This document shows, one piece after another, positions 40,237 to 49,646 of a stretch of DNA of 64,000 nucleotides (position 1 is its first letter; the number at the start of each line of letters is the position of its first letter). The notes beneath the pieces were generated by a model. That model made no database searches, was not told the origin of the DNA, and was given only the letters and a program-made list of their open reading frames with translations. The position numbers and the translations under genes are program-made. This DNA comes from Promethearchaeota archaeon. GTDB taxonomy: Archaea; Asgardarchaeota; Lokiarchaeia; Sigyniarchaeales; SOKP01. The stretch lies in the NCBI GenBank assembly GCA_016839705.1, contig JAEOTR010000024.1, positions 1 to 64,000 of the forward strand, given 5' to 3'.

Positions 40237-41598
40237 TTATATTCTATATCCACATTTTGGACATTTTATCGTTTGGGTGGGATCTATCTGGCTCCCACAT
40301 TGTTGACATATTATGAAACTTAAACCTTTTTTTCTTGTAGGTTTCTGATTAGTGGAATAGTCAGAAATTTTATTTTTCTCACTTTTTTCGTTTGCTGTAC
40401 TTGGTTTAAAAGTAGAGTTCCGAGTTATTTTTTCATACACTATTTTATCACCAACTTTCTTAACCGTATAGGATTTACCAAAAAATCCACCAATGTGTAC
40501 AGTTTTTACGGGTTCTCCCTCGATTGAACTATTAATACTAGACTGCATTAATTCCGGTTTATTAGTCTCTACGAAATCAACATTAGATGATGTCTGTGGT
40601 AGAGGTTGTACTTTAGGAAGAGTCTTAGGAATTTCATACAGAAATTCTTTAGCCATAAATTCTTTTACACTACTCACTTCAACTGCACCAGATACCTCAA
40701 TAATTTCATCTTCATCTATTTTAAGAAGTACATCGCATGAAGGACCAGGGCAGCGTAAAATATTAGGAATTCCGATGTTATGATTAATTGTGTGATTAGT
40801 AATACAACAATTGTGAAAAACTGTATCGCAATCTTCGCAATGTAGAGGAATATCATAAACATCAGAGCATATTGGACAAACTTCCTCTTTACAAAAATGA
40901 CATACTAAATTTTCCATTGTAGTCTCTGATTTCTTTAAAGATTTTGCCAAATGATTATAAAATGCATAATCTTCTTTACTTATTTTAATCCGATCTGGTT
41001 GATCGACAAATGTGCTTGTAAATTGTTTTGTTTTCACTAATTTCTTAATTACATCAATTAGTTCTTTTTTGTCCTTTAAGTAAAAAATACCCCCTCGCGT
41101 GTCAGATGCCAGTGCATTTAATTTCACATCATCACTAAAAAACCGTTCAGAACTATCAGAAATCCTAATAATATCAATGAAAGTAGGAAAATTTTTTATT
41201 TTTGAAACAAGATTAAATAATGCTTCCTGATAATCCTCCGATAAATCAGAAGGTGTATCAGTAATTATTATGATTCGATTAAACTTTGATTTTTTTCTAA
41301 CCATCTCAGCTATATATGAAAAAATATAGAATAACCCATTTTCAAAAAAACTCTGTTTTTTTGGTCTAAATTTCCAGTTCTCATCGAGAGATTTTGTTAT
41401 AATCCCAGAATCCTTTTTATCAGTGATGAAAATTGGATTCCCTTCTTCTTGGAATATGAGGAGTGAGTAGTGTCCTTTAATGTTTATTTTATTTTTTTCT
41501 TCAATGTAATACTTAATGACTTTAACCAATTCTTTTTTCTTCAAAATATCTTTTGTTAAATCTAAGTAAAAATAGACATCTTCCTTCATGACGATCAC
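40237..41598 (-). CDS. vWA + RING/C1-like zinc finger + C-terminal zinc ribbon protein (paralog A)
   Basis: FYLDLT, RIIIITD, IDIIRIS, LASDTRGGIFY; CHFC-CPIC-CEDC-FHNCC-CPGPSC; CQQCG...CPKCG. Confidence 0.75.
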   Translation of the reverse strand: MIVMKEDVYFYLDLTKDILKKKELVKVIKYYIEEKNKINIKGHYSLLIFQEEGNPIFITDKKDSGIITKSLDENWKFRPKKQSFFENGLFYIFSYIAEMVRKKSKFNRIIIITDTPSDLSEDYQEALFNLVSKIKNFPTFIDIIRISDSSERFFSDDVKLNALASDTRGGIFYLKDKKELIDVIKKLVKTKQFTSTFVDQPDRIKISKEDYAFYNHLAKSLKKSETTMENLVCHFCKEEVCPICSDVYDIPLHCEDCDTVFHNCCITNHTINHNIGIPNILRCPGPSCDVLLKIDEDEIIEVSGAVEVSSVKEFMAKEFLYEIPKTLPKVQPLPQTSSNVDFVETNKPELMQSSINSSIEGEPVKTVHIGGFFGKSYTVKKVGDKIVYEKITRNSTFKPSTANEKSEKNKISDYSTNQKPTRKKGLSFIICQQCGSQIDPTQTIKCPKCGYRI

Positions 41599-41760
41599 AT
41601 TTACATATCAATAATCTGAGGGGATCTAGAAACTTATTATTTATGATAATGTTAGATCCTCCTTATATTTTTTAGTAAAGACGAAAAATAAATATAAATA
41701 AAAATTCAAAATGTTTATAAAACTTATATTAAGTATATAAAAAAGGAATGGGACTTATAA

Positions 41761-43740
41761 ATGGAAGATTTTTTAAAAAAGCTACAGCTTTCAAGTAATG
41801 CGATAGAGATTTACTTAAAAACATTAGGAAAGTCTCCTCTTACATATTATGAAATATATTCAATTGTATCTAAAACAACTTTAGATGAATTTAATGAAGA
41901 TTTGAGTCAACTTATAAACGGGGGTATGTTGATTCAATTAGTTCCAAAAAAACAAGAAGCTCTATTACATTATTTAACAATTCCTCCAATTCTCCCCATC
42001 ATAAATTATTATGAAAGTATTAACGCGAACTTAAAGGGGATAAAAGATTCAATTTACGAATTATTGGTGAATACCGTAAACCAGACTTTTCAACAAAACG
42101 ACGGTATTCAATTAGATACTATTTTTGATAGCTTTCAAGATTTGAGAAAAGATATCGAAGAAGACATCATAATTCAAAAACAAGAAGTAGAAGATATTGT
42201 TGAAGGAATGGAAGAATTAAAAGATGTCTCTAAAGATTTATCTGAACTAAGCCAAATTATAAAGGTGGGGACACAAACACAATTTTCGCATTTAATGAAA
42301 CAAATTACTAGTATAAAGTCTGAAATAACTGAAAAGCTTGACTTATTAGACTTTAAAAAACATAAAGAAGAAGTATTTACAATAATTGAGCAAATTTTCA
42401 AGGAAAAATTAGATATATTAGTAAAAGATTTTTCCAAACGACTCCATGAAACTATTGAACAGGAGTTTGATAAAGCAATAAAACCAATATTGAACTTAGT
42501 AAACACCACATTTCAATATCGTGATGACTTCAAACTGATTTTACTTAATATGTTAAATAATTTTGAAACTAAAATGAATAGCATTCATGATATGCTTAAA
42601 GAAAATAAAGATTCACTTTCAGAAGAAATGGATAAACTCGAAAACGATCTTTCGGAAGCTATGAATACGGTAATTCAAAGTTCCATTGAGGAAATCTCGC
42701 ATTTAAATAAACCGATTAAAACTCTTCTGACGGAGTACTATCAAGGGATAAGTACCTCAGAGAAACCGATGCTTTCAAATATTTGGACGGTCAGTAGTCT
42801 AATAAAGATAAATGAGGAAATTCAAAAGTCCATTACCACATCGGAAAACGAGCTTATAATTATAGTACCTCATCTTGAAAATCATCTCGCTATAAAACAG
42901 TTCGAAAAAATACCTAGAAGTTTAAAAATAAAAGTTGTTTCTTCAGAGCCACATACAAACAGCACAGTTAAAGATTTTCATTCAATATCTAACATTACAT
43001 ACAAAACTCTAGAGAATGAAAGTATAGTTGCGATAAAAGGTGATAATAATCAAGTTTGCATTGGAGTAATACAAAGAGAAGCAAAAGATCAATTAAATGA
43101 TTTCATTGGAATAGGCAGTAATTCAAAACCGTTAATAGAACTACTAGATCCAATTATTAAAGATTTATGGGAAAAATCTTATTCAGATACATTTTATAGT
43201 TCACAAAAGGCCAAAACTACTAGCGCTATACCGAAACCTGTCAAAAAAGCAGAATCAGGAACTATTAAAGAAATAAAACCAATAACAAGCCCCAACATTC
43301 AAAAAACACAAATTTATTCAGGAGTTCAAACGGAGAAACAATTATCTCCGGAAAAAATTACTCAAACGATGCCAATTGCTCAAAAAACCACAGAAGGGAT
43401 TGAAGCGATAAAGAAAAAACTTCAAGAAAAAGTTACTTTTACACCCACACCATCCTCTAAACCTGTAAAAACCACAGAGACCAAAGTTGAAACTGATATA
43501 TTAATCAGGACTGCTTTCGACAATTTACTTCAGAAGTTAAATAACATAAAAGGGGAAGAATTTAGTATAGAATTACAAAAAATTGCTGATCTTGTGCTTG
43601 AAAAAAAAGGATTTTCTGTTACTTTACATAAGTTAAGAAACTTTATCAATCAGTATCGATTTAATGAACTCCTACTAAATGAGAATGATAAGAACCAAAT
43701 TAGTGAGAATATAGAAAGTTGGAAGAATAAATTGACTTAA
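41761..43740 (+). CDS. TrmB-like wHTH protein with long coiled coil, PLD-like effector domain and C-terminal helical domain
   Basis: N-terminus LKKLQLSSNAIEIYLKTLG...LTYYEI (TrmB HTH); ~250 aa of heptads; IWTV...EEIQKSITTSENELIIIVP. Confidence 0.6.
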   Translation: MEDFLKKLQLSSNAIEIYLKTLGKSPLTYYEIYSIVSKTTLDEFNEDLSQLINGGMLIQLVPKKQEALLHYLTIPPILPIINYYESINANLKGIKDSIYELLVNTVNQTFQQNDGIQLDTIFDSFQDLRKDIEEDIIIQKQEVEDIVEGMEELKDVSKDLSELSQIIKVGTQTQFSHLMKQITSIKSEITEKLDLLDFKKHKEEVFTIIEQIFKEKLDILVKDFSKRLHETIEQEFDKAIKPILNLVNTTFQYRDDFKLILLNMLNNFETKMNSIHDMLKENKDSLSEEMDKLENDLSEAMNTVIQSSIEEISHLNKPIKTLLTEYYQGISTSEKPMLSNIWTVSSLIKINEEIQKSITTSENELIIIVPHLENHLAIKQFEKIPRSLKIKVVSSEPHTNSTVKDFHSISNITYKTLENESIVAIKGDNNQVCIGVIQREAKDQLNDFIGIGSNSKPLIELLDPIIKDLWEKSYSDTFYSSQKAKTTSAIPKPVKKAESGTIKEIKPITSPNIQKTQIYSGVQTEKQLSPEKITQTMPIAQKTTEGIEAIKKKLQEKVTFTPTPSSKPVKTTETKVETDILIRTAFDNLLQKLNNIKGEEFSIELQKIADLVLEKKGFSVTLHKLRNFINQYRFNELLLNENDKNQISENIESWKNKLT

Positions 43741-43769
43741 GAAACTTAATTTATTACTTTTTCTGAATA

Positions 43770-44534
43770 CTAATTTTCTTTTTTCAGAACACGCAGAAAG
43801 AAACCCCTAGTAATCACTATTAATAAAAGGATGAAAGAAGATAAAAAGAAGAGGGACACGACCATTGAAATATAAAAGTTGGGATTTAGGATTCCAATAA
43901 TACCTAAAATTGGACATAACGGAGCAACAATTATAAACATCACATAAATTACCCTATCCTTCTCACCGAATCTAATATAGGTTGTTATATTAAACCACGC
44001 AATGAAAACCATAAAAATGGGAATTAAATAAGACGTAACCAGGGGAAAGGGATAATTATTACCTCCCATTCCAAATGCAAAGAAATAATTAAAATAGAAA
44101 TAAGTAATTAATAAAAGAGCACTAATCGGTGTAGGAACTCCTGTGTAACCAGGAACTTTAGATATATTAAATCGTGCTAATCTGAGAATTGCACCAAAAA
44201 CAAAACACATTGCTCCTATGATAATTACTATATCAAAAAGAGTGCCGGTTTTAAATGCTTGGAATGTTAAAATTGCAGGGGCAATACCGAAGGTTAATGA
44301 ATCACTTAGAGAGTCCATTTGCTTCCCCATCTCATTTACAGTATTCGTTTTACGGGCAATATATCCATCAATCAGATCTGTTCCTAATGTTATAGTTATT
44401 AAAAAAAATCCTAATGATATTAATTCTCGGAGCCCTAGGCAGGCACATATTAAAGCAATAATCCCTAGGGTGGTACCTATAAGTGTAATATAATCCTTTA
44501 ATTTTAGGAGCTTGGGAATACGAATACTTGACAT
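43770..44534 (-). CDS. pssA: CDP-alcohol phosphatidyltransferase, archaetidylserine synthase-like
   Basis: DLIDGYIAR...GKQMDSLSD, RLARFN, GVPTP. Confidence 0.8.
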   Translation of the reverse strand: MSSIRIPKLLKLKDYITLIGTTLGIIALICACLGLRELISLGFFLITITLGTDLIDGYIARKTNTVNEMGKQMDSLSDSLTFGIAPAILTFQAFKTGTLFDIVIIIGAMCFVFGAILRLARFNISKVPGYTGVPTPISALLLITYFYFNYFFAFGMGGNNYPFPLVTSYLIPIFMVFIAWFNITTYIRFGEKDRVIYVMFIIVAPLCPILGIIGILNPNFYISMVVSLFFLSSFILLLIVITRGFFLRVLKKEN

Positions 44535-44853
44535 TCTCTTTTCTCATATATTTTTTATTAATAATAATTAAGCCTTATTCAATTAAAATATTATGATAAG
44601 GGGTAAAAAATCTCCCTCTAGTCTTAATTAGTCCAAATTAGAAGGAGAATACAAAAATAATAATCATTATTATTTATATAATCCAATTGTGCCCATAGTC
44701 GTTAGACTATAAAATTTTTCTTTTTAATCTTATTAAGGAATTAGCCTGTAGTTATTTTAGCTAAATAATGAATATAATTATTGGACTAATGTTAACTTAA
44801 ATTTAAAAGAAAATATTACTATCTAAACCGTAAATATAATATAATTTTAAAGA

Positions 44854-45585
44854 GTGAAAAAAATGGTATTTTGTGCAAATTGTGGGGCAGAGATTAAAGA
44901 TCTATCACAAAATTTTTGTGAGAAGTGTGGATCATCTATCCCTGCTAGTGTAAAACAAGGAGAAGAAGTTTCACTAACATCAGCACCGGTGACATCAACC
45001 ACATCCCCAACTTCGATGGGTTTTCAACCTTATGAACACCCGGGGGGTTTATTTGATATAAACCGGAATTATTATATCCTCAAAGAGAAGTATTGGGACT
45101 GGGGTTCCGGCGATATCCTTGATGAAAATAATCAAATAATAGGAAAAATGAAAAGAATTATCTTAAGCATTCGTCGTCGTGTTGAATTACTTGAAATTGA
45201 CGGCACTCTATCTGCTACTATCCACTCAAAAATCGTTTCTGCTCGTGGAGCCCAAGATTTAAAAGATCCTCAGGGAAATATGATTGCAAGAATTAAAAAA
45301 AAAATACTCTCGGTATTCAGACCAAAGTTTTTTTTGGAATCACCTACTGGGGAACGTTTCTTCGAGGCTCAAGGGAAATTTATGGGGTGGTCATATAAGG
45401 TTACTGATATGTCAGGAAAGCTTGTTGCTGAAATTGAAAAAGCAGACAGATGGAGAGACGTTTTTCTTGGGGGATTATTAGATTTCAAAGATACATATGC
45501 TTTAAGGATACTTGATAATGAAACTGACAGACGCATTCTGCTAGGATTTGTGTTATCAATTGATAATGTACTTCATGATTTCTAA
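44854..45585 (+). CDS. Zinc ribbon + LURP-one/scramblase/Tubby-C superfamily protein
   Basis: CANCG...FCEKCG; ILKEKYWDWG, IARIKKK, DTYAL...LLGFVLSID. Confidence 0.8.
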   Translation: MKKMVFCANCGAEIKDLSQNFCEKCGSSIPASVKQGEEVSLTSAPVTSTTSPTSMGFQPYEHPGGLFDINRNYYILKEKYWDWGSGDILDENNQIIGKMKRIILSIRRRVELLEIDGTLSATIHSKIVSARGAQDLKDPQGNMIARIKKKILSVFRPKFFLESPTGERFFEAQGKFMGWSYKVTDMSGKLVAEIEKADRWRDVFLGGLLDFKDTYALRILDNETDRRILLGFVLSIDNVLHDF

Positions 45586-45768
45586 CATTTTTTTTTTTAA
45601 AATTAACAATGTTTCTATCTTTTGGAAAAATTAAATTTAAAATAACGTAATTTTATATTTTCTTTAAAATAAGTAAGTTTGTCAAGAAAATTCAAACTAA
45701 CTTATGAAAATCTTTATTTAACATTTTCATTTTGAAAATTAATCATATTACATTCCTATTAGAGAAAA

Positions 45769-46830
45769 ATGACAGACTATGAGACTTTTATGGTTTATGA
45801 ACTGGATGATTCTGGAGAAAAAATAAAATTAGGTATCACGCAAGAAGAACTTCAATCCAATTTGCACCCAGAGCAAGTACTTGTAATAGTACGTGAGGAG
45901 TTAAGAAGGATCTTCATTTGGAAAGGGCCTAAATCTCCAGTCCGAAAAAGATTTATCAGTTCTAGAGTTGCCCAAGCTCTCCAAGAAGAACTTATGAATG
46001 ATGCAAGATATCATCGTTGCAAAATTGTATCGGTAGATGCGGGAGATGAACCTACAGAATTTTTAAATGCTTTTCAATTAGAATCAATGGAAGTAACTGA
46101 AAAACTCGAAGACATGCGATATGTGAGAAACATAGAAAAAGAGAGAATGACAGAAGCCGTTATTTCTGATGTGAAAACACCTTCTAAACCTCAAAAAGAA
46201 GAAGAATATCTTTCACCAGCATTACAGGATACAAGCAGTAAAGTAGTAGTTTCTTCATATTCTACATCCGGTCCTACCTCAACACGGAGAGTCTCAATTC
46301 CAAAATCATCAAGTCCTAGATCCTATCCTTCAAAAGTCATTTCAGAATCACAAAAGAAAGAGATAATGGAGAAGATTCTAAAAAATGACACGCCCGCCAA
46401 TACTAAAAGACTGAATTTGATATTAGGTCATAGTCTTTATGCTGCAGTTTCAAAAACAGCGAATGTGTTTGGAGAAGACATCGTGGAAACTGAGTGGGAA
46501 CCGGTTAAAAAAGTTCCAAAAAATATGATTGAGCTGAATAATCATATTCTAAGAGTTTATTTTGGAGAGAGTAATTCCTCGGTTGAAGCCTTAGAAGTTT
46601 TGGAAAAACAAGGGAACTCAAAGTCTACTCCGGCTAAAGCAGGACCATCAATTAAGAAACCTGCTCCTAAAAAGAAACCTGCACCTAAAAAGAAACCTGC
46701 ACCTAAAAAGAAACCAGCTATGACTCCGATGCAAGAAAAACCAACATCACTGAAAGACGGGGCAAAACCAGCACAACCTAAATCTACAGGGAGAAGATCA
46801 TTGCCTAAAATTCCTAGTAGTGATGAGTAA
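45769..46830 (+). CDS. Single gelsolin-domain protein with additional C-terminal domain (Asgard 1DGelX-like)
   Basis: LHPEQVLVIV...RIFIWKGPKSPVRKRFISSRVA...VDAGDEPTEFLNAF gelsolin-fold signature. Confidence 0.75.
   Translation: MTDYETFMVYELDDSGEKIKLGITQEELQSNLHPEQVLVIVREELRRIFIWKGPKSPVRKRFISSRVAQALQEELMNDARYHRCKIVSVDAGDEPTEFLNAFQLESMEVTEKLEDMRYVRNIEKERMTEAVISDVKTPSKPQKEEEYLSPALQDTSSKVVVSSYSTSGPTSTRRVSIPKSSSPRSYPSKVISESQKKEIMEKILKNDTPANTKRLNLILGHSLYAAVSKTANVFGEDIVETEWEPVKKVPKNMIELNNHILRVYFGESNSSVEALEVLEKQGNSKSTPAKAGPSIKKPAPKKKPAPKKKPAPKKKPAMTPMQEKPTSLKDGAKPAQPKSTGRRSLPKIPSSDE
46654..46719 (+). repeat. 18-bp in-frame tandem repeat (~3.7 copies) encoding KKPAPK
   Basis: aagaaacctgc(t/a)cctaaa three times plus aagaaaccagct. 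Confidence 0.9.
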
Positions 46831-46877
46831 ATTATATATTATTTTTAAACGTTGATTTTAAAGACATTATCGTATTT

Positions 46878-47459
46878 CTAATCCTCAGATTCATCTTTCA
46901 ATTTATTTTCTGGTTCATCCTCAGCTCTTTCTTCAGGCTTACCCTTGTGTTGCTTCTCTGGTTTAATTTTTCTTTTAATTTTTTTTAAGCCCTCTATAGC
47001 TTCCTTTCTTACCATAGGACTTTCATCTTTTAAAGCTTTTGCGAGGACTTCCATACTATATGGATGATGCAGATCTCCCAATTCGTCAGCGGCTTCTTTG
47101 CGAACCTCCTCATCTGGATCATTAAGAAGAACATAGGTTAGTACTCCTAATACTTTTTTCTCCCCAAAGTCTCCTAATGTATCAACTGCTTCTTTTCTGA
47201 CTCCAGGATCGGGATCTGTAGCGGCGGTTATTGCTAATTGCTTTGAAATCTCATCTGAATTCCCGATTGCTTCAATTGCGCTCAAGTCAACTCCACAGAA
47301 TTTACAGAAATTATGAGAGATTTTAATTGCTTTCCCACATGAAGGGCATACCCTCTGAGTGTTGAAGTCAATGAAAGTTTTAATAGGACTTGGAGCGGTT
47401 TGCTTAACTTTATAAGGACTTTGGTCCTTATCCTGTCTAGAATTTCTATATCTTGGCAT
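46878..47459 (-). CDS. Zinc ribbon + HEAT/PBS-lyase repeat protein (start reassigned to ATG at 47459)
   Basis: CPSCG...FCKFCG; three DxxxxVRKEA repeats. Confidence 0.8.
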   Translation of the reverse strand: MPRYRNSRQDKDQSPYKVKQTAPSPIKTFIDFNTQRVCPSCGKAIKISHNFCKFCGVDLSAIEAIGNSDEISKQLAITAATDPDPGVRKEAVDTLGDFGEKKVLGVLTYVLLNDPDEEVRKEAADELGDLHHPYSMEVLAKALKDESPMVRKEAIEGLKKIKRKIKPEKQHKGKPEERAEDEPENKLKDESED

Positions 47460-47581
47460 ATTAATCAAATCAAGAAAAATAATCTTTAAGAAGAATAATG
47501 AAAAATAGACTTTTAATTTTAATTTTCTAAGCAGATTTTTTTCTAAGTTTAAAGGGAATAGCAATAATTTTATTTTCTATA

Positions 47582-49435
47582 TTATTTCAGTTTAAAAATC
47601 TCATTCACTACTTCCCCAAGGGCAAAAGGGTTATTTAAATCTAACATTTCGCTTGTTTTAACTGCTTTATTAAGAGCCTTCCATATTTTGGGTTTCCATT
47701 TGATAGCATCTGAAAAACGGGTTAACTTAAGTAACGCAGGATATGATTGACCTTTGATGACATAGCATACCATAAATGACTCAACTGGTAGGAAGAGAAT
47801 TATATTCTCGTCAATTTTAATACGATCAATAGACTTAGAAAAAAATTCAGAGCTAAATGAGTTGAACGCAGACATAAATCCGCTGAATAGATCTTGATCA
47901 TCCCAGCCCTCTATAAATGAGTGATTAAAGTAGGGAACACCATCTTGACCTATAATTAGAAGCAAAACAGGTTGTTCATTAACAAGCTCAGGAGGATCTA
48001 GCGCACGCATTTTTTGCATGGTATCCATAGTTTTCTCTAATGAAGCTAATTCCATCCTTTCTGAAATTGTTGATTTTTTACCTTCAAGGTTTTCCCATTT
48101 ATCTAATTGTTCCAGTAATTTATCATGTTCTCTTGAAATTGTACGAGCTAGAAGTTGAAGATCATGCTCCTCAGCAATATGTTGAGCTTTAGTTAAATAC
48201 TTCCTTGCTTCCCCCATATTTATCTGAAGTAAAGCTAATTGTCCTTTGAGCAAATATGTATGTGCTTGTTCCAAATAGGAGTTTGTACGTTCTGATTCCT
48301 TTAATAATCTTTCTAGATATGGTTCAATATCATCTAATATTTCTAGATCTTGTGTTAATTTTAGTTCTTGAATATAATAATCGCATAACTCGATCACTGC
48401 AACAGTAAATTCGTCTGCTATACCAGGAGTTCCTGACTTTACTAAGGTATCATGTCCCTTAATTAGTTCTTTTAATATCTTTTCAGCTTCAGCTCGATTT
48501 CGTATACGTGAACTTGATTTTAAAATTTTAGCTTTTGAAAATCTATACCAATAGATATCTTCAGAAATTTTCTTTGTTTCAAGAAACTTTCGGAAACGAT
48601 CCAAGCACTCATTTGCCTTTTCAGGAGATTTTTTATAAGTATACGCATTTATCAAGTCGTTATAATTAATACCGACCCAAATATACACCATTGGAAACGT
48701 ATATTGTTCCCAAATTTTAAGACTTCTTTCATAATGCTCAATTGCAGTATCAGGTTCACCTTTCTGAAATAAAATTTTTCCAATATTGTTATGGGAGGTC
48801 GCATTTAAAATTTTAAATATCATAGTGCTTCCTTGAGTAAGAGTTAAGCTCTCATTGTGAGCTTTTAATGCTAAATCTAATTCTCCCTTAGTTGTGTATA
48901 TGAACCCAATTAAAAACAAGATAAAGGATAAAATATAAGAAAATATGTCATAACCTTCAAGAATCTCTAAAGCTTTCTCTGCAGATCTTAATGCATCATC
49001 AAGTACACCCTCCCATAAAAGATAATAACCCTTCATATAGAGAACCCAAGCTTCTCTTAGATTATACTCGGATGAAGTCTCTTCCTCAATACTTTTAAGT
49101 AGTTTCTCACAGTATAACACATCTTCCCACAACTCAGGTGCCCTAGCCAATAGCAAAAAACTAGACCATTTTATAACTAAAAAGTCAGCTACAAATAATG
49201 ATTTTTTTTGGCGTAGACTTTCTTGATATTCTTCCTCTGCGATTTTAAGGCTTTCTGGAAATCTTCCCATAAAGAAAAGAAGAGTTGCCTTAAGAAATTT
49301 AAACCAATGGATATCGTGTGGTGTGATATCATCTTGTTTCTCAAAATCTTTAATTAATTCTAAGATCTCTTCATCTTTCCCCTCATTAAATAATTTAAGA
49401 CCTCTTCGTATTTCCTCATGCATTGAAATTTCCAT
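47582..49435 (-). CDS. TPR protein with C-terminal longin-like domain
   Basis: TPR motifs (NNIGKILFQKGEPDTAIEHYERSL); C-terminal LLLIIGQDGVPYF...LFSGFMSAFNSFSSE...CYVIKG. Confidence 0.75.
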   Translation of the reverse strand: MEISMHEEIRRGLKLFNEGKDEEILELIKDFEKQDDITPHDIHWFKFLKATLLFFMGRFPESLKIAEEEYQESLRQKKSLFVADFLVIKWSSFLLLARAPELWEDVLYCEKLLKSIEEETSSEYNLREAWVLYMKGYYLLWEGVLDDALRSAEKALEILEGYDIFSYILSFILFLIGFIYTTKGELDLALKAHNESLTLTQGSTMIFKILNATSHNNIGKILFQKGEPDTAIEHYERSLKIWEQYTFPMVYIWVGINYNDLINAYTYKKSPEKANECLDRFRKFLETKKISEDIYWYRFSKAKILKSSSRIRNRAEAEKILKELIKGHDTLVKSGTPGIADEFTVAVIELCDYYIQELKLTQDLEILDDIEPYLERLLKESERTNSYLEQAHTYLLKGQLALLQINMGEARKYLTKAQHIAEEHDLQLLARTISREHDKLLEQLDKWENLEGKKSTISERMELASLEKTMDTMQKMRALDPPELVNEQPVLLLIIGQDGVPYFNHSFIEGWDDQDLFSGFMSAFNSFSSEFFSKSIDRIKIDENIILFLPVESFMVCYVIKGQSYPALLKLTRFSDAIKWKPKIWKALNKAVKTSEMLDLNNPFALGEVVNEIFKLK

Positions 49436-49646
49436 AGCTTTGTCTCTCGTTTTTGTTTTGTTTAGAATTAATTAATGATGAATATTGGTTTTCATGTTTA
49501 TTGGTATTTAAGTACCAATAAATTTAAAATCTACTAAATAGAAGAAAATTTTTCTTAAAAGAATTAAGAATTATGATTTTTAATTAAATTATATGATTCA
49601 AGACTTACAGTAGTTTAAAGAAAAAGAAAAAATAGTTTTTAATTTC

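Noticed and set aside
38753-46830. Split Sec23/24 (zinc finger + vWA + gelsolin)
   Set aside because: Sec23/24 has the zinc finger before the vWA domain plus beta-sandwich and helical domains; the order here is reversed and the gelsolin gene is separate and on the other strand
47460-47564. N-terminal extension of the HEAT protein in the ORF track (likewise 62357-62395 for the DMT transporter)
   Set aside because: The extension runs through AT-rich promoter-like sequence from a TTG; a downstream ATG gives a more plausible start
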